Below are positions 1-8,416 of a stretch of DNA of 32,000 nt, one piece after another; positions within the stretch are counted from its first letter, which is position 1, and each line of letters begins with the position of its first letter. Both the position numbers and the translations under genes were made by a program. The stretch spans positions 220,956 through 252,955 of the forward strand of contig NZ_FOAA01000002.1 in assembly GCF_900109495.1 (NCBI RefSeq), read 5' to 3'. The notes beneath the pieces are model-generated. The model did no database searches, was not told where the DNA came from, and saw only the letters and a program-made list of their open reading frames with translations. The DNA comes from Ectothiorhodospira marina (GTDB taxonomy: Bacteria; Pseudomonadota; Gammaproteobacteria; Ectothiorhodospirales; Ectothiorhodospiraceae).

Positions 1-87
1 GGGGGTACGCGGGCTACCTGGCATGGCTATTGGTGTAGTTGCCTGAGGATGGGTAGGTCCAGAAGGCTTCCGCATCAAAGAACTGCG

Positions 88-116
88 TTGACCTTGGAAA
101 CTGTGGGGGCTATGTT
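88..116 (+). promoter_or_regulatory. Candidate sigma70-type promoter (TTGACC-17 nt-TATGTT) upstream of the methyltransferase gene
   Basis: TTGACC at 88-93 and TATGTT at 111-116 with 17-nt spacing, about 30 nt upstream of the ATG at 149. Motif match only. Confidence 0.3.
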
Positions 117-148
117 TGTCAAATCACTAACCCAGGCTCTGGACCACC

Positions 149-730
149 ATGCCCCGAGTCGATAATCAGGCCTTCTATCGTCGTGCGATGGCAGACCACG
201 GTGCAACGCCGCAGGGCTTGCACTGGCGCTCGGCCTACACCCAGACGGCACGTTTCGTGGCCCTGGCCCGCTGCCTGCCCGAGGATCTCGGTGGCGTGAC
301 CCTGGTGGATGCTGGCTGTGGTTTCGGGGATCTGTACGCATTCTTGTGCGAGCATCGCGGACCACCGGCCGGATATGTGGGCCTGGAGGTCTGTGAGCCG
401 ATGATTCAGACGGCACGGGAACGTACGGGATGCAAGATCCGGCTACAGGACGTGCTTCGTGATCCGCTGCCCGAGGCGGACTTCTATGTGTGCAGCGGGG
501 CCATGAATAATCTCACCCGAGAAGAGACCCGATGCTTCATCCAGCGCTGCCACGGTGCCGCGGGGCAGGCCTTCGTATTCAACATACTCAAGGGGAGCCC
601 GGGGCCGTCACGTTTCAACTACTATCTGCCGGACGAGATTCGGGCCCTGGGAGAGACCCTGGGCGCCCGCGTGGAGATCCTCGAGGATTATCTGGACAAT
701 GATTTGACCGCTGCCTTTCGCAAGACGTAG
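149..730 (+). CDS. Class I SAM-dependent methyltransferase
   Basis: 193-aa ORF with the glycine-rich SAM-binding motif I LVDAGCGFGDL. An acidic residue follows the next strand (GLEV), which is the typical Rossmann MTase layout. Confidence 0.75.
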   Translation: MPRVDNQAFYRRAMADHGATPQGLHWRSAYTQTARFVALARCLPEDLGGVTLVDAGCGFGDLYAFLCEHRGPPAGYVGLEVCEPMIQTARERTGCKIRLQDVLRDPLPEADFYVCSGAMNNLTREETRCFIQRCHGAAGQAFVFNILKGSPGPSRFNYYLPDEIRALGETLGARVEILEDYLDNDLTAAFRKT

Positions 731-843
731 CCGGGTCATCAGAGGGCCGATCCGGAGACTCACCCGGGCGTGATTCGCAACAATGCGTTATCCCTTCACA
801 ATGATGTAATCTGAGTGTCCTGCTACCTCAGTGCTGGTCCATC

Positions 844-1950
844 GTGTCATCCAAGTCAAATGCAACGCATCCTCCTCTGCCGGTGCCCGGAGCCGCGGCC
901 GCATGCTTTCGTGCGCATCGTGGCGAACTGGTCAATGCGGTGGCCCAGCGCATGGATCACCATCCCCGAATCCAGGCATTGCTGGGGGGGAACCGATTGC
1001 GGCTGATGGATACCACCCGGCGTCATCATGCGGCCTTCATGGCTGAAGCCATGGAGGGGGACGATGTCGCATTGGTTGAGCGTACGCTGGCCTGGGTATA
1101 CGCGACCTATCACAACCAGGGCGTGTCCTTCGATTTTTTCCTGTCCGAGTGGCAAACCTGGCAGCAGGTGATTGCCGAGATTCTGCCTGCAGGGGAGGCG
1201 GGAGCCATTCAGCCTGTCTACCAGTGGATGGTGGAACATCATGATGATCTCATCGAGGCCGCGCGCCATTACAAGGCTCGGCGGGTGTCGGTGCGGCCCT
1301 GCTGGGAGGAAGACTACCAATACATCGTCGACCAGCTCATTCAGGGAAATACGGTTGGCGTGATCGATCGTTGCCATGGCCTGTTACTGGATGGCATGTC
1401 CTACGAGTCCCTTCTCCAAAACCTGTTCTATCCGGCCATGGTGGATGTGGGGGCCCGCTGGGAAGCCGGTCAACTGTCGGTGACCCTGGAGCATCAGACC
1501 ACGGCCATGGTCTACCGTGTGCTGGCCGCCCTGTATTACGACCAGCCGTTCCCGGAGACCGACCGGGGTCGTGGTCTGGTCTCTCCCGTGTCCAATGAAT
1601 TCCATGAGATGGGCTCCTGGATGCTGGCCGTGAGCCTGGAACTGGATGGGTGGGATATCACCTTGCTCACCGCTGATACGCCTCCCGAGACCCTGGTGGC
1701 TACGGTTCTGGAGGAGCGCCCCCGGTTCGTGGCCTTATCGGTCACGCTGGTGGGTAATGTGGCCGAGGCGCGGGCGACCGTGGCCAGCCTGCGTGAGGCC
1801 CTGGGAGCGGATGACACCACTCCCATCGTTGTAGGGGGGCAGGCCTTTCGGGAGGCGCCTCAGCTGGCACAATCGGTCAATGCCGATCTCTACCTCGAGA
1901 GCGCCATGGCCGCGGTGGACTGGGCTCGAGGATTGGGTGATCCCCCTTGA
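844..1950 (+). CDS. Cobalamin (B12)-binding domain protein, putative sensor
   Basis: The C-terminal roughly 130 aa looks like a B12-binding Rossmann domain. It has an E-x-H-x-x-G motif (NEFHEMGSWM) followed by DITLL...FVALSVTL...PIVVGGQAF, and the N-terminal part is helical. The GTG start at 844 is uncertain; internal ATGs exist near 950-1010. Confidence 0.55.
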   Translation: MSSKSNATHPPLPVPGAAAACFRAHRGELVNAVAQRMDHHPRIQALLGGNRLRLMDTTRRHHAAFMAEAMEGDDVALVERTLAWVYATYHNQGVSFDFFLSEWQTWQQVIAEILPAGEAGAIQPVYQWMVEHHDDLIEAARHYKARRVSVRPCWEEDYQYIVDQLIQGNTVGVIDRCHGLLLDGMSYESLLQNLFYPAMVDVGARWEAGQLSVTLEHQTTAMVYRVLAALYYDQPFPETDRGRGLVSPVSNEFHEMGSWMLAVSLELDGWDITLLTADTPPETLVATVLEERPRFVALSVTLVGNVAEARATVASLREALGADDTTPIVVGGQAFREAPQLAQSVNADLYLESAMAAVDWARGLGDPP

Positions 1951-2903
1951 GACCGGATCTCCGCGATACCCCTCCAGGGCCTGACCTGGCCCGGGCCCTG
2001 TATGACTATGTTGTGGACTCGGGGCGTTTCATGGTCCTGGAGGTGAGTCAGGATGCCCGGATCATCTCGGCCAATGGCGCCTTTCGCTCTCGCTATGCGG
2101 GGTTCGCGGATGTGCGTGGCGAGCCACTGTCGCGTTTTTTCGCTGACGAGGATGACAGCCCTCTGGACATTGAGCCCGGCCAGGCCCATGAGAAGACGGT
2201 GGCGCGGGTCCTGCGGGCCACGGCGGAGGGGGAGCCTTGTCTGTTTCATGCCTATCCCCTGGATGGGCACACCCTGTTGATCGGCGAGGTAGCCGACGCC
2301 AGCGATCATGAAGTGGTGGCCCGCATGGGTAACCTCACCCTGGATATGTCCCGTTTGGTGCGTGACCTGAGGCGGGCAAACCGGGATCTGGCCCGGGCCA
2401 ATCAACTGAACGAAGAACTGGCCCGCACCGACGGCCTCACACGCCTGGCCAACCGGCGTCATTTCCTGGAGCGGCTGGAAGCGGGAGTGGCCCAGGCTCG
2501 GAGTCGGCAGCATCGTTTGTCGATCCTGATGATCGACCTGGATCATTTCAAAAATGTGAACGATACCTTTGGTCACGCGGCGGGGGATCGTGTCCTTGTG
2601 GCCTTTGCTGATCTGCTGCGCGCTCTGGTTCGGGTGTCGGATTTGCCGGGGCGTCTGGGTGGGGAGGAATTTGGCCTGTATATGCTCGATACGTCGCTGG
2701 ATGTGGCCATGACAGTGGGCGAGCGCGTGCGGGCGCGCACCCGGGAGTTGCGGCCCCTGGAGGAAAATTACCTGCCGAGTACCAGCATCGGTGCCGCCGA
2801 GTGGCGAGAGGGGGAGGATATGGATGCGCTGATGCAGCGGGCAGATGCGGCCATGTACAAGGCGAAGGCGGGGGGACGTAACCGGGTGGTGGCGGATGGG
2901 TAG
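1947..2903 (+). CDS. GGDEF-domain diguanylate cyclase with N-terminal PAS-like sensor region
   Basis: Carries the active-site motif RLGGEEFGL, plus DLDHFKNVNDTFGHAAGD and MYKAKAGGRNRV, all typical of GGDEF domains. The TTG start overlaps the upstream stop (TTGA at 1947-1950). The start codon is uncertain. Confidence 0.85.
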   Translation: MRPDLRDTPPGPDLARALYDYVVDSGRFMVLEVSQDARIISANGAFRSRYAGFADVRGEPLSRFFADEDDSPLDIEPGQAHEKTVARVLRATAEGEPCLFHAYPLDGHTLLIGEVADASDHEVVARMGNLTLDMSRLVRDLRRANRDLARANQLNEELARTDGLTRLANRRHFLERLEAGVAQARSRQHRLSILMIDLDHFKNVNDTFGHAAGDRVLVAFADLLRALVRVSDLPGRLGGEEFGLYMLDTSLDVAMTVGERVRARTRELRPLEENYLPSTSIGAAEWREGEDMDALMQRADAAMYKAKAGGRNRVVADG

Positions 2904-2911
2904 GGGCGGGA

Positions 2912-2940
2912 GCCTTCCTCTCCCCAGTGGGGAGAGGGGC
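2912..2940. terminator. GC-rich REP-like hairpin between convergent genes (possible bidirectional terminator)
   Basis: CCTCTCCCC (2917-2925), loop AGT, GGGGAGAGG (2929-2937), flanked by GCC/GGC. The same hairpin motif recurs at 15580-15603 and 15688-15710. Confidence 0.5.
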
Positions 2941-2947
2941 TTGATAT

Positions 2948-4720
2948 TCAAACTGAAGACACCCCGGGATTCCCTTCAACCCCTCGCAGCTTCGGCTCAT
3001 TCAGTTCGCTGATGGACACCGTTTCGTGGTCCCGTAGATAGTCAGCCACCACATCCCAGATCTTGCGACCGGTGTTGCCCGCGGGCTGTTCCTGCACGCT
3101 GGCCCAGCCAGCCACCACGTAACTCTCGTTGGGGGCAATGGGCTTGCCGTTCAGTTCCATATCACCGATGCGCTCGCCAATGGAACGGGTGGGATCGATG
3201 CTGTATTGCAGTCCGCCCACGCGCACCATATCGCCGCCCTGCTGGTAGAACGGGTCCTTGTTGTAGAGATTGTCGGCCACATCCTCCAGGATCTCCTTGA
3301 TCATGGCGCCGCTCATCTCATTGCGGGTGACGGCCGGATAGGTGAGGCCGGTCTGGTCCATGACGTGTTCGAAGGTGATGGGCATGCCAGGCAGCACCGT
3401 GGTGCCCCAGCGGAAGCCCGGTGAGAAGGCGATCTGGGCATCCACCTGCTCCATCAGGGCATCGCAGATGAGTTGATCGAAGGTGCCATTGAAATTCCCG
3501 CGTCGGTAGAGCAGGTCCTCGCTGACCGCCAATTCCTCGGAGAGCGCGTCCTTCATGTTGAAGGTCTGGCCATCGTAGGTGACCTCCTGGTCGCGTACCT
3601 GTTCGATATAACGGGCCATGTCCGGATCCGGCTCGATCAGATTGGCGAACACCGGCAGCAGACGGTACTGGTAATCGCGGATGCGCCCATCGCGGAAGTC
3701 CAGGTCCAGCACTCCCAGGAACTTGCCGTTGGAACCGCCATTGGTGACCAGGCAGGTACCCCCTTCCGGTCCCTTGATCTCCAGGGGAGCGGGGACCGCA
3801 TCGTGGGTGTGGCCACCCATGATGGCGTCGATGCCATCTACTACCTGGGCCAGCTTGATGTCCACATCCATGCCATTATGGGACAGCAGGATGACCACCT
3901 CGGCCCCGTCGGCGCGAGCGTTATTCACCGTGTCCTGCATCTCTCCATGGCGAATGCCAAAGGACCACTCGGCCACCATATGCCGTGGGTTGGCGATGGG
4001 GGTGTAGGGGAAGGACTGGCCGATGACGGCCACGTTCACGCCATTCATCTCGCGGATTGTGTAGGGCTTGAAGATGCGGTCGCCCCAGTCCACGTCCACC
4101 ACATTTTGGGCCAGGAATTCAATGTGGCCAGCAAAGTCGTTTTCCACGATCTCACGTACGCGGTCGGCACCGAAGGTGAATTCCCAGTGGCCGGTCATGA
4201 TGTCCACTCCCAGTTTGAGCTGGGCATCCACCATGTCCTGGGCATGGGTCCACAGGCCGGTGCCTGAGCCGCCTCCCCAGGTGTCCCCGCCGTCCAGCAA
4301 CAGCGCACCGGGGCGCTGGTCGCGGACCTTCTTGACCAGCGTGGCCAGATGGGCAAAGCCCCCCACGCGACCGTAGTGCTCCGCCAGTTTCACGTAGTCC
4401 AGGTAGGTGTAGGCGTGGGAGAGCAGGCCAGGGTGGTCAATCCCATAGCGTTCCAGCAGGGCCTTGCCGACCAGGTGCGGTGGCCGGCCCTTCATCTCGG
4501 CCACCCCCAGGTTGATGTGGGGCTCGCGGAAATAGACGGGCAGCAATTGGCCGTGGCAATCGGTGAAGTGCAGGATCGAAACATTTCCCCTGGCGGGTAG
4601 CTCATAAGGGTCGCTGGGATTCTTGCCGGCGGCTCCGAGCCGGGCGCTGGCGGGCAATGAAAAACCAGCCGCACCGGCGGCGGCCAGGACCTGCAGGAAT
4701 TCTCGGCGGGACAGATTCAT
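2948..4720 (-). CDS. soxB: Thiosulfohydrolase SoxB
   Basis: 590 aa with a twin-arginine signal (MNLSRREFLQVLAAAGAAGF). Metallophosphoesterase / 5'-nucleotidase-type motifs are present: HFTDCHGQL, DGGDTWGG, GHWEF, GGHTH. A GGAGGAAG RBS lies upstream. Confidence 0.93.
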   Translation of the reverse strand: MNLSRREFLQVLAAAGAAGFSLPASARLGAAGKNPSDPYELPARGNVSILHFTDCHGQLLPVYFREPHINLGVAEMKGRPPHLVGKALLERYGIDHPGLLSHAYTYLDYVKLAEHYGRVGGFAHLATLVKKVRDQRPGALLLDGGDTWGGGSGTGLWTHAQDMVDAQLKLGVDIMTGHWEFTFGADRVREIVENDFAGHIEFLAQNVVDVDWGDRIFKPYTIREMNGVNVAVIGQSFPYTPIANPRHMVAEWSFGIRHGEMQDTVNNARADGAEVVILLSHNGMDVDIKLAQVVDGIDAIMGGHTHDAVPAPLEIKGPEGGTCLVTNGGSNGKFLGVLDLDFRDGRIRDYQYRLLPVFANLIEPDPDMARYIEQVRDQEVTYDGQTFNMKDALSEELAVSEDLLYRRGNFNGTFDQLICDALMEQVDAQIAFSPGFRWGTTVLPGMPITFEHVMDQTGLTYPAVTRNEMSGAMIKEILEDVADNLYNKDPFYQQGGDMVRVGGLQYSIDPTRSIGERIGDMELNGKPIAPNESYVVAGWASVQEQPAGNTGRKIWDVVADYLRDHETVSISELNEPKLRGVEGNPGVSSV

Positions 4721-4770
4721 CTAGCTTCCTCCAGACATCATGCGCCGTGGGTCCGGCGTCTTTCCCGTAC

Positions 4771-4797
4771 AAAGAAAAGCCCGGCAGAACCGGGCTT
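4771..4797 (-). terminator. Rho-independent terminator downstream of soxZ
   Basis: On the minus strand, AAGCCCGG-TTCTG-CCGGGCTT is followed by TTTTCTTT. The stem is plus-strand 4777-4784 / 4790-4797. Confidence 0.6.
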
Positions 4798-4932
4798 GCT
4801 CAAATGGCAGGTATGATTGGTTTTTGTTCCTGCCGTGATCCGCCATCCCTGTGGATGGGCGAATCGCTCCTCTTGGTGGTCGTTCCGTGAGTGATCAGCC
4901 TGTTCTACTGGGGCTGCGATACCCAGCCCATC

Positions 4933-5241
4933 TCATCTGATCTGCACTTGGGTGCTGTCTGAATCCCCGTTGTTATCCACCCAGGAGAGTTCCAGGGTGT
5001 CACCGGAGGAGGCCCCCTCGAACTGGAAGGACAAATAGGGATTGCGGGAGATGGATGGACCCCAGTTGGCGGTGAGGATCTCACGATCCCGCACTTTTGC
5101 TTTGACCTCGGTAATGTAATGGGCTGGTATGGTATTGCCGCCGCTGTCGGTTCTTTGACCTGTTTCCATGGGGTGGCTGATCAGGGCGCGGACATTGGTC
5201 ACACCGTCACTGAGTTGGGCGCGTACACGAATGCTGGACAT
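4933..5241 (-). CDS. soxZ: Thiosulfate-oxidation carrier protein SoxZ
   Basis: 102 aa with the typical SoxZ sequence (ISHPMETG...IPAHYI...ISRNPYLSF). It lies directly downstream of soxY and has an AGGAGAA RBS. Confidence 0.92.
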   Translation of the reverse strand: MSSIRVRAQLSDGVTNVRALISHPMETGQRTDSGGNTIPAHYITEVKAKVRDREILTANWGPSISRNPYLSFQFEGASSGDTLELSWVDNNGDSDSTQVQIR

Positions 5242-5286
5242 GGTGAGTTCTCCTGGTTGGGGCCTGGGGATGTGCGGGCTGGCAAA

Positions 5287-5751
5287 TCAGCCGCCGCAAC
5301 CACCGATGGTGACCTTGACTTCCCGCGAGCTGCTGTAGAGCTGGCCGTTGGCCTTGAGCACGGCAACAATATCGGAGCTGTCGCCCATCTTGATGCGTGT
5401 TGCCACATAGGCCTTGGTCCCTTCACCCAGCTTGTAGCTGGAGGTCAGCGGGTTGTTGTTAGCGGCTGCCAGGATGGCAATGTCCGTCACGCCGGTGAGG
5501 CTGGATTCCACGGTAATGGGCACCACGGCTCCGTTTTCCGCCAGTTCCGGGGCGCTGATAGTGATATCCCCCGAGTCGTGGCTGTCCGAGCCCATGACCG
5601 ATTTGAGGGCGTCACTGACCGACCCGGCCTCGAAACCCTCGCGGGCGCTAGCCAATACGGTGCTGGGGGTGAGCAGGCCGGCGCCTACGGCGACCCCGAC
5701 GGTGCCCGCTGCCAGGGTGCCCTTGAGAAACACTCGACGCTTGCTGTTCAT
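5287..5751 (-). CDS. soxY: Thiosulfate-oxidation carrier protein SoxY
   Basis: Carries the C-terminal sulfur-carrying motif GGCGG-COOH and a Tat-like signal (MNSKRRVFLKGTLAAG). I chose the start at the ATG preceded by GGAGGAG, not the longer ORF to 5814. Confidence 0.92.
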   Translation of the reverse strand: MNSKRRVFLKGTLAAGTVGVAVGAGLLTPSTVLASAREGFEAGSVSDALKSVMGSDSHDSGDITISAPELAENGAVVPITVESSLTGVTDIAILAAANNNPLTSSYKLGEGTKAYVATRIKMGDSSDIVAVLKANGQLYSSSREVKVTIGGCGG

Positions 5752-5897
5752 GTGGTCTCCTCCGGTTACTTCAATGCGGGGCCGTCTCAGGCCCGTTGAT
5801 AGATCACAATCCACAGCCTACCTAACTAAATCTTTTTTACAAGTGTTTTTTGGTTATATATGTCAAGTCGAATATAAGGTCATGCCGAAGCGGGTGA

Positions 5898-7442
5898 TCA
5901 GTCTTCTGTGAAGCGGATGGCGATGTCCCGTTTACTCCGGATCCGGGCCTCCAGGTGCGGAGTGAGGTCCGGCGCCGTCAGGGCCCGATCCAGTTGCCTG
6001 ACTGCCTCCCGGTACTGTCCATGATGGAAGTAGTATTCCGCCATGCTCTCGTGGCTGATCGCTTGCCGGTTGGCGCGGGTGGCGGCGTCGGCTCGCAGAC
6101 GCAGCAGTTCCGGAGGGGGATGATCCGCCTCGAGCAACCGGTCGAGCACCTGGATGGCCTGGTCGTGGTGGCCGGCGTCCAGCAAGGCCTTGGCGTAGGT
6201 CTGGGCCACCGGCAGGTAACCGGGATAGATGTCGTGCAGGCGCTCCAGGATGTGAAGCGCTTCGGCATGGTCCGGATTCCGGCCCTCCATGTGGATTTCC
6301 GCACGCCCAAGTTCCACGTACAAGGCCAGGCTCTCATTGTCGGCGGTGTCGATCCGGTCCAGGGTGGCCAGGGCCTGGTTCCTCTGCCCCCGTTCGTTTC
6401 GGGCCAGGGCATAGCCATAGAGTTGTTCAGGCGAGGGGGCTTCGCTGTCCGTTCGTCGCTCATGCAGATCCATCATCCGTGCGGGGTCCTTTAGCGCCTG
6501 GATGCGGGTGCGGATCAGCCGGAATTCCTGGGAGTCGCTGCGGTACTCCCCCTCATACTGGTTGGCTCGGACGCGACTGTCGCTGATGCGGCTGCTGGTG
6601 ACCGGGTGGGTGCGCAGATATTCAGGGACCGCCTCGGCCAGTCCGCCACTGAGTTGCATCAGTCGCTCGAAAAAGGTGGGCATGGCCTGTGGGTCGAAAT
6701 CAGTGGCTGCCAGAATGGAGATGCCAATGCGGTCGGCCTCCTGCTCGTTGGCGCGGGTGAAATTGATGCGCGCCTGCGCGCTACCCGCCATGCCGCCCAC
6801 GATGGCCGCCTGGCCCAACTCCGGTACATAGGCACTGGCGATGATGCCCGCCAGGATGGCCAGGCCCGCGGCCAGGTCGATGCGGGTGCTGCCAGCGTAG
6901 GCGCGTGCGATATGTCGCTGGGTGACATGGGCAATTTCGTGGGCCAGCACGGCCGCCAGTTCGGCCTCGTTGCGGGTGGCCTCGATCAGGCCGGTGTTGA
7001 CCCCGACGATCCCCCCAGGCATGGCAAAGGCGTTGATGCCATCGTCTTCCACCACCAGAAAGGTGAAGTTGGGGTGCCCATCCGGGGCGCTGGAGACCAG
7101 ACGCTGACCCACGGCCTCCACATATCCCAGCAGTTGCGGGTCCTCGCTCAAGGGCAGATTGCGGCGCACCTCCCGCAGCAGCGAGCGACCCAGTTGCTGC
7201 TCCTGGGAGGGGGACAGCATGGCCGAAGAGGGGTCTCCGATCTCCGGCAGGGAGACCTGGGCCGGTGCATGCACGGGCCACAGCAGGGTCAGACAGAGCA
7301 GGGCGGTGATCAGTCGCGCCCACAGGCGGGAAGCGGGTGCGACCCGCTCCCGGCGCGACGGGGTGGCCCCGCGCGTGGTGTTGCCTACTTGCCCAGTCCC
7401 GGGGACGACGAATAGGCGGCCATGGAACTTCGGTTTTCCCAT
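5898..7442 (-). CDS. bepA: M48-family zinc metalloprotease with C-terminal TPR repeats (BepA/YfgC-like)
   Basis: Has the HEIAHVTQRH zinc motif, a downstream E (NEQEADR), a signal-peptide-like LITALLCLTLLWPVHAPA, and a TPR-like C-terminal half. The exact start is uncertain. Confidence 0.8.
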   Translation of the reverse strand: MGKPKFHGRLFVVPGTGQVGNTTRGATPSRRERVAPASRLWARLITALLCLTLLWPVHAPAQVSLPEIGDPSSAMLSPSQEQQLGRSLLREVRRNLPLSEDPQLLGYVEAVGQRLVSSAPDGHPNFTFLVVEDDGINAFAMPGGIVGVNTGLIEATRNEAELAAVLAHEIAHVTQRHIARAYAGSTRIDLAAGLAILAGIIASAYVPELGQAAIVGGMAGSAQARINFTRANEQEADRIGISILAATDFDPQAMPTFFERLMQLSGGLAEAVPEYLRTHPVTSSRISDSRVRANQYEGEYRSDSQEFRLIRTRIQALKDPARMMDLHERRTDSEAPSPEQLYGYALARNERGQRNQALATLDRIDTADNESLALYVELGRAEIHMEGRNPDHAEALHILERLHDIYPGYLPVAQTYAKALLDAGHHDQAIQVLDRLLEADHPPPELLRLRADAATRANRQAISHESMAEYYFHHGQYREAVRQLDRALTAPDLTPHLEARIRSKRDIAIRFTED

Positions 7443-7699
7443 AGTTTCGGCTTTAACATGGCTTCGGGCAGCATGAAGCGTTTCTTGTCGGAGACCGGCA
7501 CCGTGCGCACCACCCGGGTCACATCCTTATAAGGGATCTTGAACAGCAGGCCGGACTGAGCCCCACCGTCGGTGCGGCGGGCGATCATGTCCTGGTCGAA
7601 CAACTGGTGGACATACAGGTTGGCGGGTCGGAGTCGGCCATGGGTGTCACGCAGGGTGACGGCATACTGGGTGTCAACGGCAAAGGCTTTCTTGTCCAT
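7385..7699 (-). CDS. Hypothetical protein (104 aa)
   Basis: An ATG-initiated ORF in the only open frame of this interval. I recognise no motif. Its 3' end overlaps the annotated bepA start by 58 nt. Confidence 0.4.
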   Translation of the reverse strand: MDKKAFAVDTQYAVTLRDTHGRLRPANLYVHQLFDQDMIARRTDGGAQSGLLFKIPYKDVTRVVRTVPVSDKKRFMLPEAMLKPKLWENRSSMAAYSSSPGLGK

Positions 7700-7865
7700 G
7701 GTCTGGGGGTCCTCGGCTGATGTGGCGGGGATGGTCCCGGCCCGTTGAACACTACCACGCCTCAGACATCGACGTGGCTCCTTGGTTCAGGAGCGCAATC
7801 CCCGGCGGAATTTTCGGAACATCATAATTATATGTTGTCTTAGTATATGCTAATACGGTAACGTG

Positions 7866-7896
7866 TGTCGCAATTGAGTTGTCGCAAATCAACTCA
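7866..7896 (+). promoter_or_regulatory. Candidate operator upstream of the tusA-dsrE3-shdr operon (direct repeat plus inverted repeat)
   Basis: TGTCGCAA occurs at 7866-7873 and again at 7880-7887. It is interleaved with TTGAGTT (7874-7880) / AACTCA (7891-7896), inside the only AT-rich stretch of the 7700-8075 intergenic region. Confidence 0.25.
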
Positions 7897-8075
7897 GGCC
7901 GGCCAGCTATAAGTATGATGCTTCAGGGGATAAAAAATCCTTAAGACGCCAAAGCCCCGGAGCCTTGAGCATTCATGCGATGATCTGGCGGCGAAGGCTT
8001 TTATACATCACATCAGGGACGTTATCCGCGGTTGCGCCGAAGCCGCTCGTCCCGCGCAAGAGGAGTGATTGAACC

Positions 8076-8306
8076 ATGGCTGATTTCGACCAGGAACTGG
8101 ATGCCTCCGGACTGAACTGCCCGCTGCCCATTCTGCGCGCCAAGAAGGCCCTGGCCTCCCTGTCCAGCGGTCAGGTGCTGCACATCATCGCCACCGACCC
8201 AGGCGCGGTGAAGGACTTCGAGGCCTTCGCCAAGCAGACCGGCAACGAGTTGATGGAGCATAAGGAAGAAGGTGGCAAGTTCTACTTCCTGATGCGCAAG
8301 TCCTGA
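8076..8306 (+). CDS. tusA: TusA-family sulfurtransferase
   Basis: 76 aa with the canonical LDASGLNCPLPILRAKKAL motif (Cys-Pro-x-Pro active site). A GAGGAG RBS is present. Confidence 0.9.
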   Translation: MADFDQELDASGLNCPLPILRAKKALASLSSGQVLHIIATDPGAVKDFEAFAKQTGNELMEHKEEGGKFYFLMRKS

Positions 8307-8316
8307 CAGGGTTTGC

Positions 8317-8341
8317 ATGGCCGTCGCCCCGCGACGGCCAT
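8317..8341 (+). other. Intra-operon stem-loop between tusA and dsrE3
   Basis: A perfect 10-bp stem, ATGGCCGTCG / CGACGGCCAT, with a 5-nt loop. No T-tract follows, so it is not a classic terminator. Confidence 0.4.
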
Positions 8342-8416
8342 CTCGCTTGAGAGCCCTTCTTCAAAGGGCCAATGACCTGGCTGTTCAAGCAGGCAATTTT
8401 AAGGAGGATGTTGCAC

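Noticed and set aside
1890-2951. 353-aa minus-strand ORF
   Set aside because: It lies opposite the GGDEF gene, which has an intact GGEEF active site, so this is a high-GC antisense artefact.
5119-5799. 226-aa plus-strand ORF
   Set aside because: It is antisense to soxZ and soxY, both of which are unambiguous.
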